Positions 31,631 through 40,622 of a stretch of 64,000 nt of DNA are shown here, in pieces. The notes under the pieces were generated by a model. That model saw only the letters and a program-made list of their open reading frames with translations. It was not told where the DNA came from and made no database searches. The stretch covers positions 96,001 to 160,000 of the forward strand of contig CAVZRV010000030.1 in NCBI GenBank assembly GCA_963777605.1, in the 5' to 3' direction. Source of the DNA: an uncultured Acidobacteriota bacterium (GTDB taxonomy: Bacteria; Acidobacteriota; UBA6911; RPQK01; JAPXNP01). The translations under genes were made by a program, and so were the position numbers. How positions within the stretch are numbered: position 1 is the stretch's first letter; every line of letters begins with the position of its first letter.

Positions 31631-32899
31631 TCAGTTTGGCTGTGACACCAGGTCATCGAGGACCCGAAGCAGTCCGGTGATTTTCGGACACCACTCCGAC
31701 GGCCTCATGCTGGGGTGAAGCTCGTTCAATGTGAACATCACTCCCAATCGGTCATCGACGATTGACCGCAGTTTCTGCTGATGTCCTTCCAGTTCGTCGT
31801 CGCCTTCCAGATTGCCGAAATTGAAGGTCAGCTTTCCGTCCGAGAAGAGGGTCAATATGGGCTGATCGGTGATGACGCGTTGCAGGACTTCGAGTGCGCC
31901 GGTCTCTTCTTCTCCTGCCCAGGTGACGTCGTAGGCGAGTTTCTGAAGAGACTGAAAGAAGGTGCGGACGGCCTGAATCTGCGCCGCCGCCAGGTTCTGC
32001 TCGATGGCTGTGAAGAACGAGTCTTCATCCCAGTCCCAGTCGTGATTGATTCCGTTGCCGTTGCTCGAAGCGACTGCCACGGTTTCAAGTTCGACAGGAA
32101 GAGGCGGAGGGACACTGGTCTCTGCAGGAGATTCTTCTTCCTCAGGCTCCACTGCATCCGACGCCTCGTTCGTTACCAGGTCCGATTCGATTTCCTCGAC
32201 CGTTTCGGCCTCTTCGCCGGGGCCCTCAATCAGAGGGGCGGGACTTTCGCTTTCGCCGAACAGGGAAGGAATCAGCATCCGGAATCCAGCGGCGCGGAAT
32301 TCCCGGATCTCTACGAGTGCAACATCGAGCCGCTCAACCTGCTCGTTGACGAAGTCAACTACCTTGCCAACTTCGTCCGGGTACCCGGCCGCCACATAGA
32401 TCAGGCGAGCCTTGCCTTCTTCAAGCCGATCTTCCACACGGGCACAGAATTCTTCCGGGGTTTCTTCGTGAGAGGGGTCAACCCGGCTCACCGCTTCAGC
32501 CAAGTCCTCGTTCTCCGCTTCGGCCCACTCGAGAATGCTCGATTGGCCAAGACTCCGCTGGGCGGAGGCGGCGTTCTCCAGCATCTGTCCAATCAGTTCC
32601 CAACGGGAGCGGCCCGAGAAATCGGGAAGGCATTGAACGAAGATCGGATAGCCGGCCGAATTCGCGAAAACGAGGTCACACTCCCATTGAGTCTCCAGCG
32701 ATTCGGGATCGCGAACCTGCAGTTTCCGCGTAATCAGTAGCCACTCGGGTGAATCTTCAGACGTGTCCAGATTCCCCGAGAGAAGACCGGTGTTCTCAAC
32801 CAGTAAAGCCTTGAGATCGTCCTTATTGGCCGAGAAATCGACAGGGAGCAGTCGGGAAATCTTCCCTGACTGATCCACGGCAAAATAACAACTCTGCAT
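31631..32899 (-). CDS. Acidic hypothetical protein with a degenerate PD-(D/E)xK-like N-terminal domain
   Basis: 422 aa with GGAGG RBS; DLVF...G.PIFVQC...R.ELIGQMLExA pattern and a D/E-rich linker. Confidence 0.7.
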   Translation of the reverse strand: MQSCYFAVDQSGKISRLLPVDFSANKDDLKALLVENTGLLSGNLDTSEDSPEWLLITRKLQVRDPESLETQWECDLVFANSAGYPIFVQCLPDFSGRSRWELIGQMLENAASAQRSLGQSSILEWAEAENEDLAEAVSRVDPSHEETPEEFCARVEDRLEEGKARLIYVAAGYPDEVGKVVDFVNEQVERLDVALVEIREFRAAGFRMLIPSLFGESESPAPLIEGPGEEAETVEEIESDLVTNEASDAVEPEEEESPAETSVPPPLPVELETVAVASSNGNGINHDWDWDEDSFFTAIEQNLAAAQIQAVRTFFQSLQKLAYDVTWAGEEETGALEVLQRVITDQPILTLFSDGKLTFNFGNLEGDDELEGHQQKLRSIVDDRLGVMFTLNELHPSMRPSEWCPKITGLLRVLDDLVSQPN

Positions 32900-33553
32900 G
32901 GCGCCTCCGCCTTCTTTTCCGGTCCCACTGGCGCTGCTAAACGCTCCCGGGGTACCGGGAAGACCGTCCGCATATTCTCTTCAACCTGACGTCCTTTGAT
33001 CCAGTCCGGAATGGCTCCCGATTCTGGGCAGGTCCATGCCATACTACCGGATCGATTTTCTGAAGCAGGATTTTCGCAGTTCTGGAGCGGGTTTACGGTG
33101 ATCGCAGTCACCTCGATCCCATTAACCGACAGATTAATGCGGACGTAAGGTGCGCTGACGAAGCTCCCAAGCCGGGAGCTTAACGCCTCGACAACCTTTG
33201 ATCCGTGCCTCTCCTCGCGTATACTGAGTCGCCGCAGAAAGAGCAATGGTTCCGCACTCCGGGTTGGCTGGAATCGGTGACACGCACCAATTCAGCGCAC
33301 AAGTCAGCCTGAATAAAGAGTTTTCTTTCAGGTCTGGTACGGTTTTTGGTTTCGAGACCGACCGGGTCCCCTTGCAGGTGCGCAAGACTGGCCGGAGTTG
33401 ACCGCAAGGTCAAACGTCTGGCGGCGAGGCCAATCAGACGATTCGTTTCGGCCGCGGCGATTGCGCGAAGCCGTCTGGCCGGCACTGGAATTCGTACCAG
33501 TCCTGAGTTAATTCCATTTATCCATGGTCACTTGCGATCCAGTTTGGTGCGTG

Positions 33554-35686
33554 TCACGGAATTGGGGTGCACTTGACGAGAAGATAGTTCTCGAACCGGG
33601 CATCGAGTTTTCCGACCGGGCCGTGGACTTTGGCGAGGGGCTTTCCCTCGACGTAATCGATCACCTGATAGGAACGATCCTCCAGCCCCCGCAACTCGAT
33701 CGGTCCGGTCCACTCGTCGGAGTAGAAACCGTAGTACATGACCTCTCCTTTGCGGATCGCGTGGCTTTCGGGCAAATCATAGGAGATGTCGTAAAGGTTC
33801 AGGTAGTCTCCGGTACTGATCATCTCGCGGTGGTAGATGTCGAACCACTTCTTGTACTGCCGGAACATTTCCGGTGTCAGTTCCGCGTAGAGCGTCGTCA
33901 GGATCGACCCAATCCCGACACTGGACGCAAAGTCGGCATCGGAGAACTGGGGCAGGGGGTCCCGACGGCCCTCTTCGATGTAGCAGTTGGTGTAGGCCCA
34001 GCGCGGACCGTGAGTGGCCTTTTCTACTTTGATCCGGGTGCGAACCTGGAAGTTGGTCAGAGGATCTGAGGCGCTCGTCATGTTCATGTACGGCCCCTTG
34101 AACAGGGAGTGGGGCAGGGAACAGATGCAGGTCTCGGCGAACGGATCCGGGTGCAGTTTGTGGAGCTCATCCCAGATGATCTTCCAGATCACGGGAGTCG
34201 CCGCGAAAGCGTCGGTCGGCTTCTCGTGGTGGTGAGCGGGGTTGAAACAGGCGGGGGCCACCGAGTTCATGGCAAAGTCGTTGTAGAGACCGTCGTAGCC
34301 CCACTCAGAAATCCACTTGCGGACCAACTGTCGAATGTGTTCCTGGACCGGCGGATAGGCGGGGCAGAGGGTGTGCTGCCGGGTGGTCGCCGGCTTGCCG
34401 TCTTCGCCGAGAACCAGCCATTCGGTCTTCCTGGCCATCTCGGAGTCCGGATCAACGCCGAGCGGGTTCCACCAGAGATAGACGCGTTCGATGCCAAGCC
34501 GCCTCATCTCCTTGATCGAGGCAATGACGTCCGCTTCGCCTCGCGGGTATTTCTCCCGGTTCGGGTTCCAGTCGCCGACGTAGTCCTGCCAGCCGTCATC
34601 GATCTGAAGTTGGCGAATGCCGAGTTCCAGAAGCTGGGGAATGCGGTCGTAAACCATCTGCATGGTGAACTTTCGCTGCCAACCCCAGGTCTTCCAATAG
34701 GACTGGTAGGCCCAGGCCGGGGAGTCTTCCTGGACATCGACGCCCTCGTCGATCACCAGGTCGCGATAGGTTCTGAGCGGTGCGAAGTAATCTCCGTCAT
34801 GAAAGATGATTCCGATGGGAGCCCGGACCCTGTAAACCTCTCCAGGTGCGATCGTCACCTGGTCTCCAAGAGTCCGGTCGGGCTCCTCCATCACGGAGAT
34901 TCGGACCAGTCCACTCGGGTCGGTTTCGGTGGGGAAGGATATGAAGAGATCCCGCGACGCCAGATGGGACAGGGCGATTCCAGAGACCTGGTTCCAGATG
35001 TCGATCAGGTTGATTCCGCCTCCTTCCCCTTCGGGGTCGTCCTCGCTCCGGCGGTAGAGTCCCATGAAATTCTTCTGCTTGAAGTCGGCAGTGATCGGGA
35101 CCCCGGCGTAGGAATGACCCCACTCATAGGATCCGCCCTGGAAGGTGTGGAAGCCATAGGCGGGATTCTCCGGGAACGAGATCGACGAATTCAGCCGGAG
35201 ATAGCCGGTCCATGTCCGGGTGACGGTCAACGGGTGGTTGATTCCGACCCCCTGGTAGGAGACGCCCAGGACGGCGAGTGCCGGGTAACGGTCATAAAGA
35301 TCCAGGTCGACAATCTGCTGAACGGAGCCACCGCTGTTCAAGGGAGCCGACAGCGTGAAGTGAACGCGGGATCCGGAGCCATGATCGCCGTTCACCGGGC
35401 TGGTGGAGACGGATTGCGGATCGAGCGCGAAATTGCTTACCCGTTGCCCTTCGATCTCGAGGAAGTTCAGTGGTTCCGAGCCCTCGGATGGAGGATCCAC
35501 GAGCGTCTTTCCCTGGAACTCGATGGTTGGCCTGCCCTGCGGATCAATCGCCAGTTTCAGGTCCCCCCTGGTTACGGTCACTCCATCGGATTCTGAAGCA
35601 GAAACCCGAACGGCGTTTGGGTCAGTCGTTCCGCATCCGAGAAAAATCACGAGAACACCGAGGCACACCGCGTAAACCTTCATCAT
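33554..35686 (-). CDS. Alpha-galactosidase-like glycoside hydrolase (GH36/clan D), lipoprotein
   Basis: Lipobox FLGC; WKTWGW, QIDDGWQ...GDW, LWWxP, WGYDGLYxD and E.CxC motifs. Confidence 0.85.
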   Translation of the reverse strand: MMKVYAVCLGVLVIFLGCGTTDPNAVRVSASESDGVTVTRGDLKLAIDPQGRPTIEFQGKTLVDPPSEGSEPLNFLEIEGQRVSNFALDPQSVSTSPVNGDHGSGSRVHFTLSAPLNSGGSVQQIVDLDLYDRYPALAVLGVSYQGVGINHPLTVTRTWTGYLRLNSSISFPENPAYGFHTFQGGSYEWGHSYAGVPITADFKQKNFMGLYRRSEDDPEGEGGGINLIDIWNQVSGIALSHLASRDLFISFPTETDPSGLVRISVMEEPDRTLGDQVTIAPGEVYRVRAPIGIIFHDGDYFAPLRTYRDLVIDEGVDVQEDSPAWAYQSYWKTWGWQRKFTMQMVYDRIPQLLELGIRQLQIDDGWQDYVGDWNPNREKYPRGEADVIASIKEMRRLGIERVYLWWNPLGVDPDSEMARKTEWLVLGEDGKPATTRQHTLCPAYPPVQEHIRQLVRKWISEWGYDGLYNDFAMNSVAPACFNPAHHHEKPTDAFAATPVIWKIIWDELHKLHPDPFAETCICSLPHSLFKGPYMNMTSASDPLTNFQVRTRIKVEKATHGPRWAYTNCYIEEGRRDPLPQFSDADFASSVGIGSILTTLYAELTPEMFRQYKKWFDIYHREMISTGDYLNLYDISYDLPESHAIRKGEVMYYGFYSDEWTGPIELRGLEDRSYQVIDYVEGKPLAKVHGPVGKLDARFENYLLVKCTPIP

Positions 35687-35797
35687 GTCTCTCCCTCCCT
35701 AGATTACTAGACACTCTCCGGCAGGAAGCACAATTGAGGGAAACCGTTCCCAAAAATCACAATTCCGCAAGTCACAAATCTTTGTTACGCTTAGCTC

Positions 35798-36562
35798 GTG
35801 GCTGAAAAAGAGAGTGCGCTGGCGGTGTTTTTGGATTTTGAAAACCTGGTTCTCGGACTCGACGACAAACGGAGGGGGCAGTTTCAGATCGATCTCGTCC
35901 TCGAGCGCCTGGTCGAAAAGGGCAAGATCGTGGTCAAGAAAGCCTATTGCGACTGGAGCCGGTTCGCGGATTACAAGCAGGAGCTCCACAACGCGGCATT
36001 CGAGATCATCGACATTCCCAAGCGATCTCACACCGGGAAGAACTCGGCCGACATCCGCCTCTGCGTGGATGCCATGGATCTCTGTTACAGCAAGGAACAC
36101 ATCGACACCTTCGTGATCCTTTCCGGCGACAGTGACTTCTCCCCGCTGGTTTCAAAGCTGAAGGAAAACGGCAAGTACGTGATCGGGCTGGCAACCAAGG
36201 AAGCGGCCTCCAGTCTCCTGGTGGACAACTGCGACGAATTCACGTTCTACGAAGAACTTTCCGGCGGGGGCTCCAAGCCTCCCCAACTCTCCACCAAGAT
36301 CCCTAAAGAAAAACGGCCCGCTTTCCAACTCCTGATCGACTCCGTACTCGCACTGGGGCGGGAGGGCAAGGACGTGCTCTATTCCTCACTGGTCAAGCAG
36401 ACCATGAAGCGGAAACAGCCGGCCTTCAGCGAATCGCGTTTCGGCTTTCGGACCTTCTCCGACCTGCTCGAGTCGGCTCAGAAACTGGGTCTGATCGAAC
36501 TTCGGGAAGACGCCCGCAGCGGAACCTACGTCGTGGTCGGATTTGGGAAGTCCTCGTCCTGA
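35798..36562 (+). CDS. NYN (LabA/DUF88, PIN-fold) domain protein with OST-HTH/LOTUS domain
   Basis: VFLDFEN, KKAYCDW, GKNSADIRLCVD, SGDSDFSPLV, CDEF and C-terminal PxFSExxFGFRTFSDLL. Confidence 0.93.
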   Translation: MAEKESALAVFLDFENLVLGLDDKRRGQFQIDLVLERLVEKGKIVVKKAYCDWSRFADYKQELHNAAFEIIDIPKRSHTGKNSADIRLCVDAMDLCYSKEHIDTFVILSGDSDFSPLVSKLKENGKYVIGLATKEAASSLLVDNCDEFTFYEELSGGGSKPPQLSTKIPKEKRPAFQLLIDSVLALGREGKDVLYSSLVKQTMKRKQPAFSESRFGFRTFSDLLESAQKLGLIELREDARSGTYVVVGFGKSSS

Positions 36563-36622
36563 TCGGTGCCGTGGCGGCAGATCCGCTGCAAGTTACAGAC
36601 TGTTCCCGGTGGAGTAAGTGAA

Positions 36623-37798
36623 ATGAATGACAATCGCCTCAGAGTTGGAATTGTGGGAGCGTCGGGGTGGATGGCCGGTGCTCTTGCTGTTGGTGTGGAA
36701 TACGAAGGTGACTTCGACCCGGCAGCGGGCTCCGGAGTGAAGAGCGCACAATCGGTTGTCACCGGTCTGTTCGACCTGGATCGCGACAAGATGGCTCAGA
36801 GAAAGCAGGAACTGGGACTGCGGGAAGCGCAGTGTTTCGACTCCTACGAGGCTCTCCTGGCCTCGGACGAAATTGACGCGGTCGCGCTGGTGGTTCCGAA
36901 CTTCCTGCACGCGGATCTTGCCATTGAGGCTCTGGACGCCGGCAAGCACCTGTTTCTCGAGAAACCGTTCGCCACTACCAGGGAAGATTCCGTCCGGCTT
37001 GCCGAAGCCGTCCGCAGGAGCAATGTTACGACCAAGCTGGACTACATCCTGCTCCACTACGACGAACAGGAGAATCTCCATAAACTCATTCAGGACGGGG
37101 CGTTCGGTACCCTGGGATCGGTCCACTTCACTTATCGCCACCCGATCGAAGTCGGCCAGTCCGCCGGACAGTCCTGGAAGCTGTCCCGTGAAAAGTCGGG
37201 CGGAGCCCTTCCGATGGGTGTTTGCCACGCCGTTTCGATGGCTGTCTACCAGGTCGGCGCGGCTCCGGAGTGGGTGGCCTGCGTTTCCCGTCCGCCCAGG
37301 TTGAGGACGTTCGACTATGACACCCAGGTCGACCTGCTGATTTCGTTTGAAAATGGGGTCACCGGAGTCATTCAGGGAAATATCGATTTCGCCGAGAAGT
37401 ACGATGCCCGGCACACGATCATCGGGACCGGCGGGCAATTCGATTACAACCCGTACAACCCGCTGGAGAGCCGGGTCACCTGGTCGTCCAAGCCGATGGA
37501 CCGGCCCTATTCTCCCGATCCCGCGTTTGCCCGCGATCACCTTGACAGTGGCGACGTCTGGAAGCACCAGTGCGGAAGGACGATCCGCGAATTCGTGCGG
37601 CTTGCCCGGGAGGGGTCGCGGGACACCCTGCTCGGTCTTGACTCAGACGTGGTCCGGTGGTGCGAGGCGGTAATCTGGGCTGCCGAAGAATCCGCTCAAA
37701 GCGGAAGCAAGCCGGTATCAACCGCCAACTTATGCGCTGATAAAACGAGCCGGTCTCACCAGATCATGCGGTCGTCCGGAGGCACGCTGGTCAGCTGA
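36623..37798 (+). CDS. Gfo/Idh/MocA family oxidoreductase
   Basis: LRVGIVGA, DAV..VVPNFLH, AGKHLFLEKP and SGGAL motifs; start at ATG 36623. Confidence 0.88.
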   Translation: MNDNRLRVGIVGASGWMAGALAVGVEYEGDFDPAAGSGVKSAQSVVTGLFDLDRDKMAQRKQELGLREAQCFDSYEALLASDEIDAVALVVPNFLHADLAIEALDAGKHLFLEKPFATTREDSVRLAEAVRRSNVTTKLDYILLHYDEQENLHKLIQDGAFGTLGSVHFTYRHPIEVGQSAGQSWKLSREKSGGALPMGVCHAVSMAVYQVGAAPEWVACVSRPPRLRTFDYDTQVDLLISFENGVTGVIQGNIDFAEKYDARHTIIGTGGQFDYNPYNPLESRVTWSSKPMDRPYSPDPAFARDHLDSGDVWKHQCGRTIREFVRLAREGSRDTLLGLDSDVVRWCEAVIWAAEESAQSGSKPVSTANLCADKTSRSHQIMRSSGGTLVS

Positions 37799-38520
37799 AA
37801 CCCGGTGTCCGTGTATTCAAGGCGCAACGAAGTGACATTCATGTAGGTATCAGAGTTGATATAGAGCATTCCGAGAAATTCGGCTGGTAGCTGCCCTTCG
37901 AAAATCTCGTCGATGAAGTGAGCATAGTGGCCCGCTCCATCGATGGTCTTCGTTGCGACCACATTCCCGTCCACGTCGTAGAGCGTTAACTCGATCGAGT
38001 AGTTTGAAAACAACGTGGCCCAAGCGACACCGGTGTTAATTTGAGTCGACTTCTCGACCGGGACTATGAACTCCTTTTTTGCCTGTTCGTAAGCAACGCC
38101 AGTGGAATCGAGTAAGTGCCCCTGGGCGTCCGAGAAGTTATAGAAGAAGCTGAAGGCAACATCGATGTCCGTACCCTGATTGTCGCCGTCCTTCAAGGGG
38201 GTAACCTTCACATATCCAACCTTGAGGTTGTCCAGTTCTCCAAAGATCCCAATCTTGCGAGTGGATTTGGCCGGCACTCTGACATTCAACTCACTCGTGC
38301 CCCCATAGAGGACGCCGTCATAGCGCCAGCCGACGACCCACGGTTCCCGATTGGCCTGAAGGGCATAAATGTCCGCCGTCCAGTCAACGTCCTTCTTGTT
38401 ACTGATGATCAGGAAGCATTCATACCCCCCGCCGAGCGCGAGTTGAGGGAATATGGCCGCCGCCGCCGGTGCGGTCATCCCAATTACGAGAATGAGCGTT
38501 GTCAAAATTACTCGCCGCAT
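37756..38520 (-). CDS. Hypothetical exported protein with FPQxAxGGGY beta-rich modules
   Basis: Signal peptide, IFPQLALGGGY, NTGVAW, ELTLYDxDG, GHxAxFIDEIF and LTSVP; lower GC than the flanks. Confidence 0.8.
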   Translation of the reverse strand: MRRVILTTLILVIGMTAPAAAAIFPQLALGGGYECFLIISNKKDVDWTADIYALQANREPWVVGWRYDGVLYGGTSELNVRVPAKSTRKIGIFGELDNLKVGYVKVTPLKDGDNQGTDIDVAFSFFYNFSDAQGHLLDSTGVAYEQAKKEFIVPVEKSTQINTGVAWATLFSNYSIELTLYDVDGNVVATKTIDGAGHYAHFIDEIFEGQLPAEFLGMLYINSDTYMNVTSLRLEYTDTGFQLTSVPPDDRMIW

Positions 38521-38976
38521 TGCAGTGTCCTCCCCGATTAGTGTTTAGCAGGTGAACCAGACAGCCGCTTTCAAACCGCCCCTAATTGCCTGCCAGTGCA
38601 GGAGACGGGAAAGGATCGCCCGCTACGTCGAGCCTGCCCGTCCCAGAATCGTCAAAATGGGCAAGTCAGATTCTTTCATGAGTTGGCAAAAATGGAAATA
38701 TTCAGTAACGTAAAATTCCGAAATTGCGGCGCGAAGACAAGAAGCAGGACCGGGACAGCGGCGAAGAAAGTTAAACGGTCGTGACCGGCAGCGACTCGAC
38801 AGCGTCTCGTTGACCGACCCGAACCATTGAGGTGCCCGCAGAGAATGACTTCCGATTGCTATTTTCTTTCTTTGAAGGCCGTTTTTCGTCATAATAGTTT
38901 TCCGTAAAAGCCATGGATACCGCAGCGCGGCTCACCAATATTGACGCTCCCCGAAAGGTGCAGTTTCAGGTACCGG

Positions 38977-39180
38977 TTCGCCTCACCGGCGATCCTCATT
39001 CGGGCTGGGCTACGTTACCCTAGAGTCCTTTTTCCCAATCTTTTACGTCTGGGTTAAAGGGTTAGCCACTCTGGTTGATCGGGTCGGTGGCACCGGGTCA
39101 GGCGAAAAGGAGCACACGCAGACGGAAAATCAAAGAGATGTCCTCGGTGGGTTCTAAGATGATGAATCAGTTCGGGGACA
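38977..39180 (+). promoter_or_regulatory. Putative structured 5' leader RNA of the aminomutase operon
   Basis: Nested complementary segments 38977-38994/39077-39106 and 39008-39021/39058-39067, a second hairpin 39139-39146/39173-39180, and TTGACG at 38941 just upstream. Confidence 0.4.
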
Positions 39181-39209
39181 GGACCTCGGAAAGAGAAAGG
39201 AAGTAAGAA

Positions 39210-40622
39210 ATGTTTAACATTGCTGTAAGAGAAAGGAGGAACAGGCTCATCAAGTCGACGCCATCGACTGCCGGAGAGGTCGACTCTGACCATCCTCCGC
39301 CGGATCAGCTACCACAGGCTCAGACCTTTCGACCCATCGCGCAGGTCAGCACTTTCCTGTCGTGCGATTCGAGAGGCGATCAAGGCATTCAATCGACCCT
39401 GTGGTCCGACTGGCGCTGGCAACTGCGAAACCGGATTCGGACGGCCGAAGATCTGGTTTCCCGCTTTCCCCAGGTTGAAAGCGGCGGCTGTATTGCGGAG
39501 ACTTCCTCCAGGTTCCCGCTTGCGGTGACGCCCTACTATGCATCGCTGGTCAAGTCCCCCGATGCGAGTGATCCCATTTTTCAGATGGCCGTTCCGCAAC
39601 TGGCCGAACTGACAGACCGGTCCTTCCTGATCGAAGATCCTCTGGGCGAAGAACACGACATGCCTGTGCCGGGCCTGATCCACCGGTACCGGGATCGGGC
39701 GTTGCTGATCGCGACGTCGACCTGTTCGGTCTACTGCCGCCACTGCACCCGCAAGCGGGTGACTGGTTTCCGGGAAGGCGTAATCGCCCCCGACGAACTG
39801 GATCAGGCGGTTCAATATTTGCGGAGCCACCCGGAGATCCGTGACGTAATCGTTTCGGGCGGCGATCCCCTGACCCTGGCGACGGAAACCCTGGAACGGA
39901 TCCTCTCGCGCCTGCGCGAAGTCGAATCAATCGATATTCTCAGAATCGGGACCCGAGTTCCGGTCGTGCTTCCCATGCGGATCACCGCGGAACTGGTGCA
40001 GATGCTCGGCCGCTATCACCCCCTGTACGTCAATACTCATTTCAATCATCCCGTCGAATTGACGCCGGAGGCGTTGGAGGCCTGCCGGATGATGGCGGAT
40101 GCTGGAATTCCGCTCGGGAACCAGACGGTGCTGCTTCGGGGCGTTAACGATTCTCCACAAACGCTGGAAACTCTTTTCAGGGGGTTGCTGCGAAATCGCG
40201 TTCGCCCCTACTACCTGTTCCAGTGTGACCTGGTGCGGGGCGTCGAGCACTTCAGGACTCCCCTCTCCCGGGGGATCGAAATCATGGAGTACCTGCGGGG
40301 CCGGGTGAGCGGGATGGCGATTCCGACCTTTGTCGTGGACGCGCCCAACGGTGGAGGAAAAATCCCCCTCCTGCCCAATTACCTCGTGAGCATGAGTCCG
40401 ACCCACACTGTCCTGCGGAATTTCGAGGGTATGTTCGTCTCCTATCCGGAGCCGGCTTCTGAAGGCTCGTCATGGTACGCCGCCGAATCAGTTAATCCCG
40501 GTACCGGAGGAGTCTGGGACGTCTCGACCGGTCGGTTGACCCACATTCAGCCCAGAGTGTCGGAGCGGTCGTTGCGACGGCGACATCACCGCCACCGGCG
40601 CAAGTTGGAGCGACCGTCTTGA
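39210..40622 (+). CDS. kamA: Lysine 2,3-aminomutase (KamA-type radical SAM/PLP enzyme)
   Basis: WSDWRWQLRNRI, TPYY, DPLGEE, HRYRDR, CSVYCRHCTRKR, SGGDPL, NTHFNHP, NQTVLLRGVND, YYLFQCD and FVVDAPNGGGK. Confidence 0.92.
   Translation: MFNIAVRERRNRLIKSTPSTAGEVDSDHPPPDQLPQAQTFRPIAQVSTFLSCDSRGDQGIQSTLWSDWRWQLRNRIRTAEDLVSRFPQVESGGCIAETSSRFPLAVTPYYASLVKSPDASDPIFQMAVPQLAELTDRSFLIEDPLGEEHDMPVPGLIHRYRDRALLIATSTCSVYCRHCTRKRVTGFREGVIAPDELDQAVQYLRSHPEIRDVIVSGGDPLTLATETLERILSRLREVESIDILRIGTRVPVVLPMRITAELVQMLGRYHPLYVNTHFNHPVELTPEALEACRMMADAGIPLGNQTVLLRGVNDSPQTLETLFRGLLRNRVRPYYLFQCDLVRGVEHFRTPLSRGIEIMEYLRGRVSGMAIPTFVVDAPNGGGKIPLLPNYLVSMSPTHTVLRNFEGMFVSYPEPASEGSSWYAAESVNPGTGGVWDVSTGRLTHIQPRVSERSLRRRHHRHRRKLERPS

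Noticed and set aside
32734-33553. ORFs in the gap between the acidic protein and the GH36 gene
   Set aside because: No recognisable motifs, mutual overlaps and no clear RBS; left unannotated.
35798-36562. NYN protein as a toxin or defence gene
   Set aside because: The stand-alone LabA/DUF88-OST-HTH architecture is widespread, and there is no antitoxin or defence neighbour.
38941-39209. Known lysine or SAM riboswitch
   Set aside because: The conserved cores (AGAGGUGC for lysine, AUCxAGAG for SAM-I) are not seen; kept only as an unclassified structured leader.
39210-40622. EpmB (EF-P modification) or glutamate 2,3-aminomutase
   Set aside because: No efp/epmA nearby; it has the KamA-type N-terminus and GGGK loop, and the lysine-specific Asp residues are retained.
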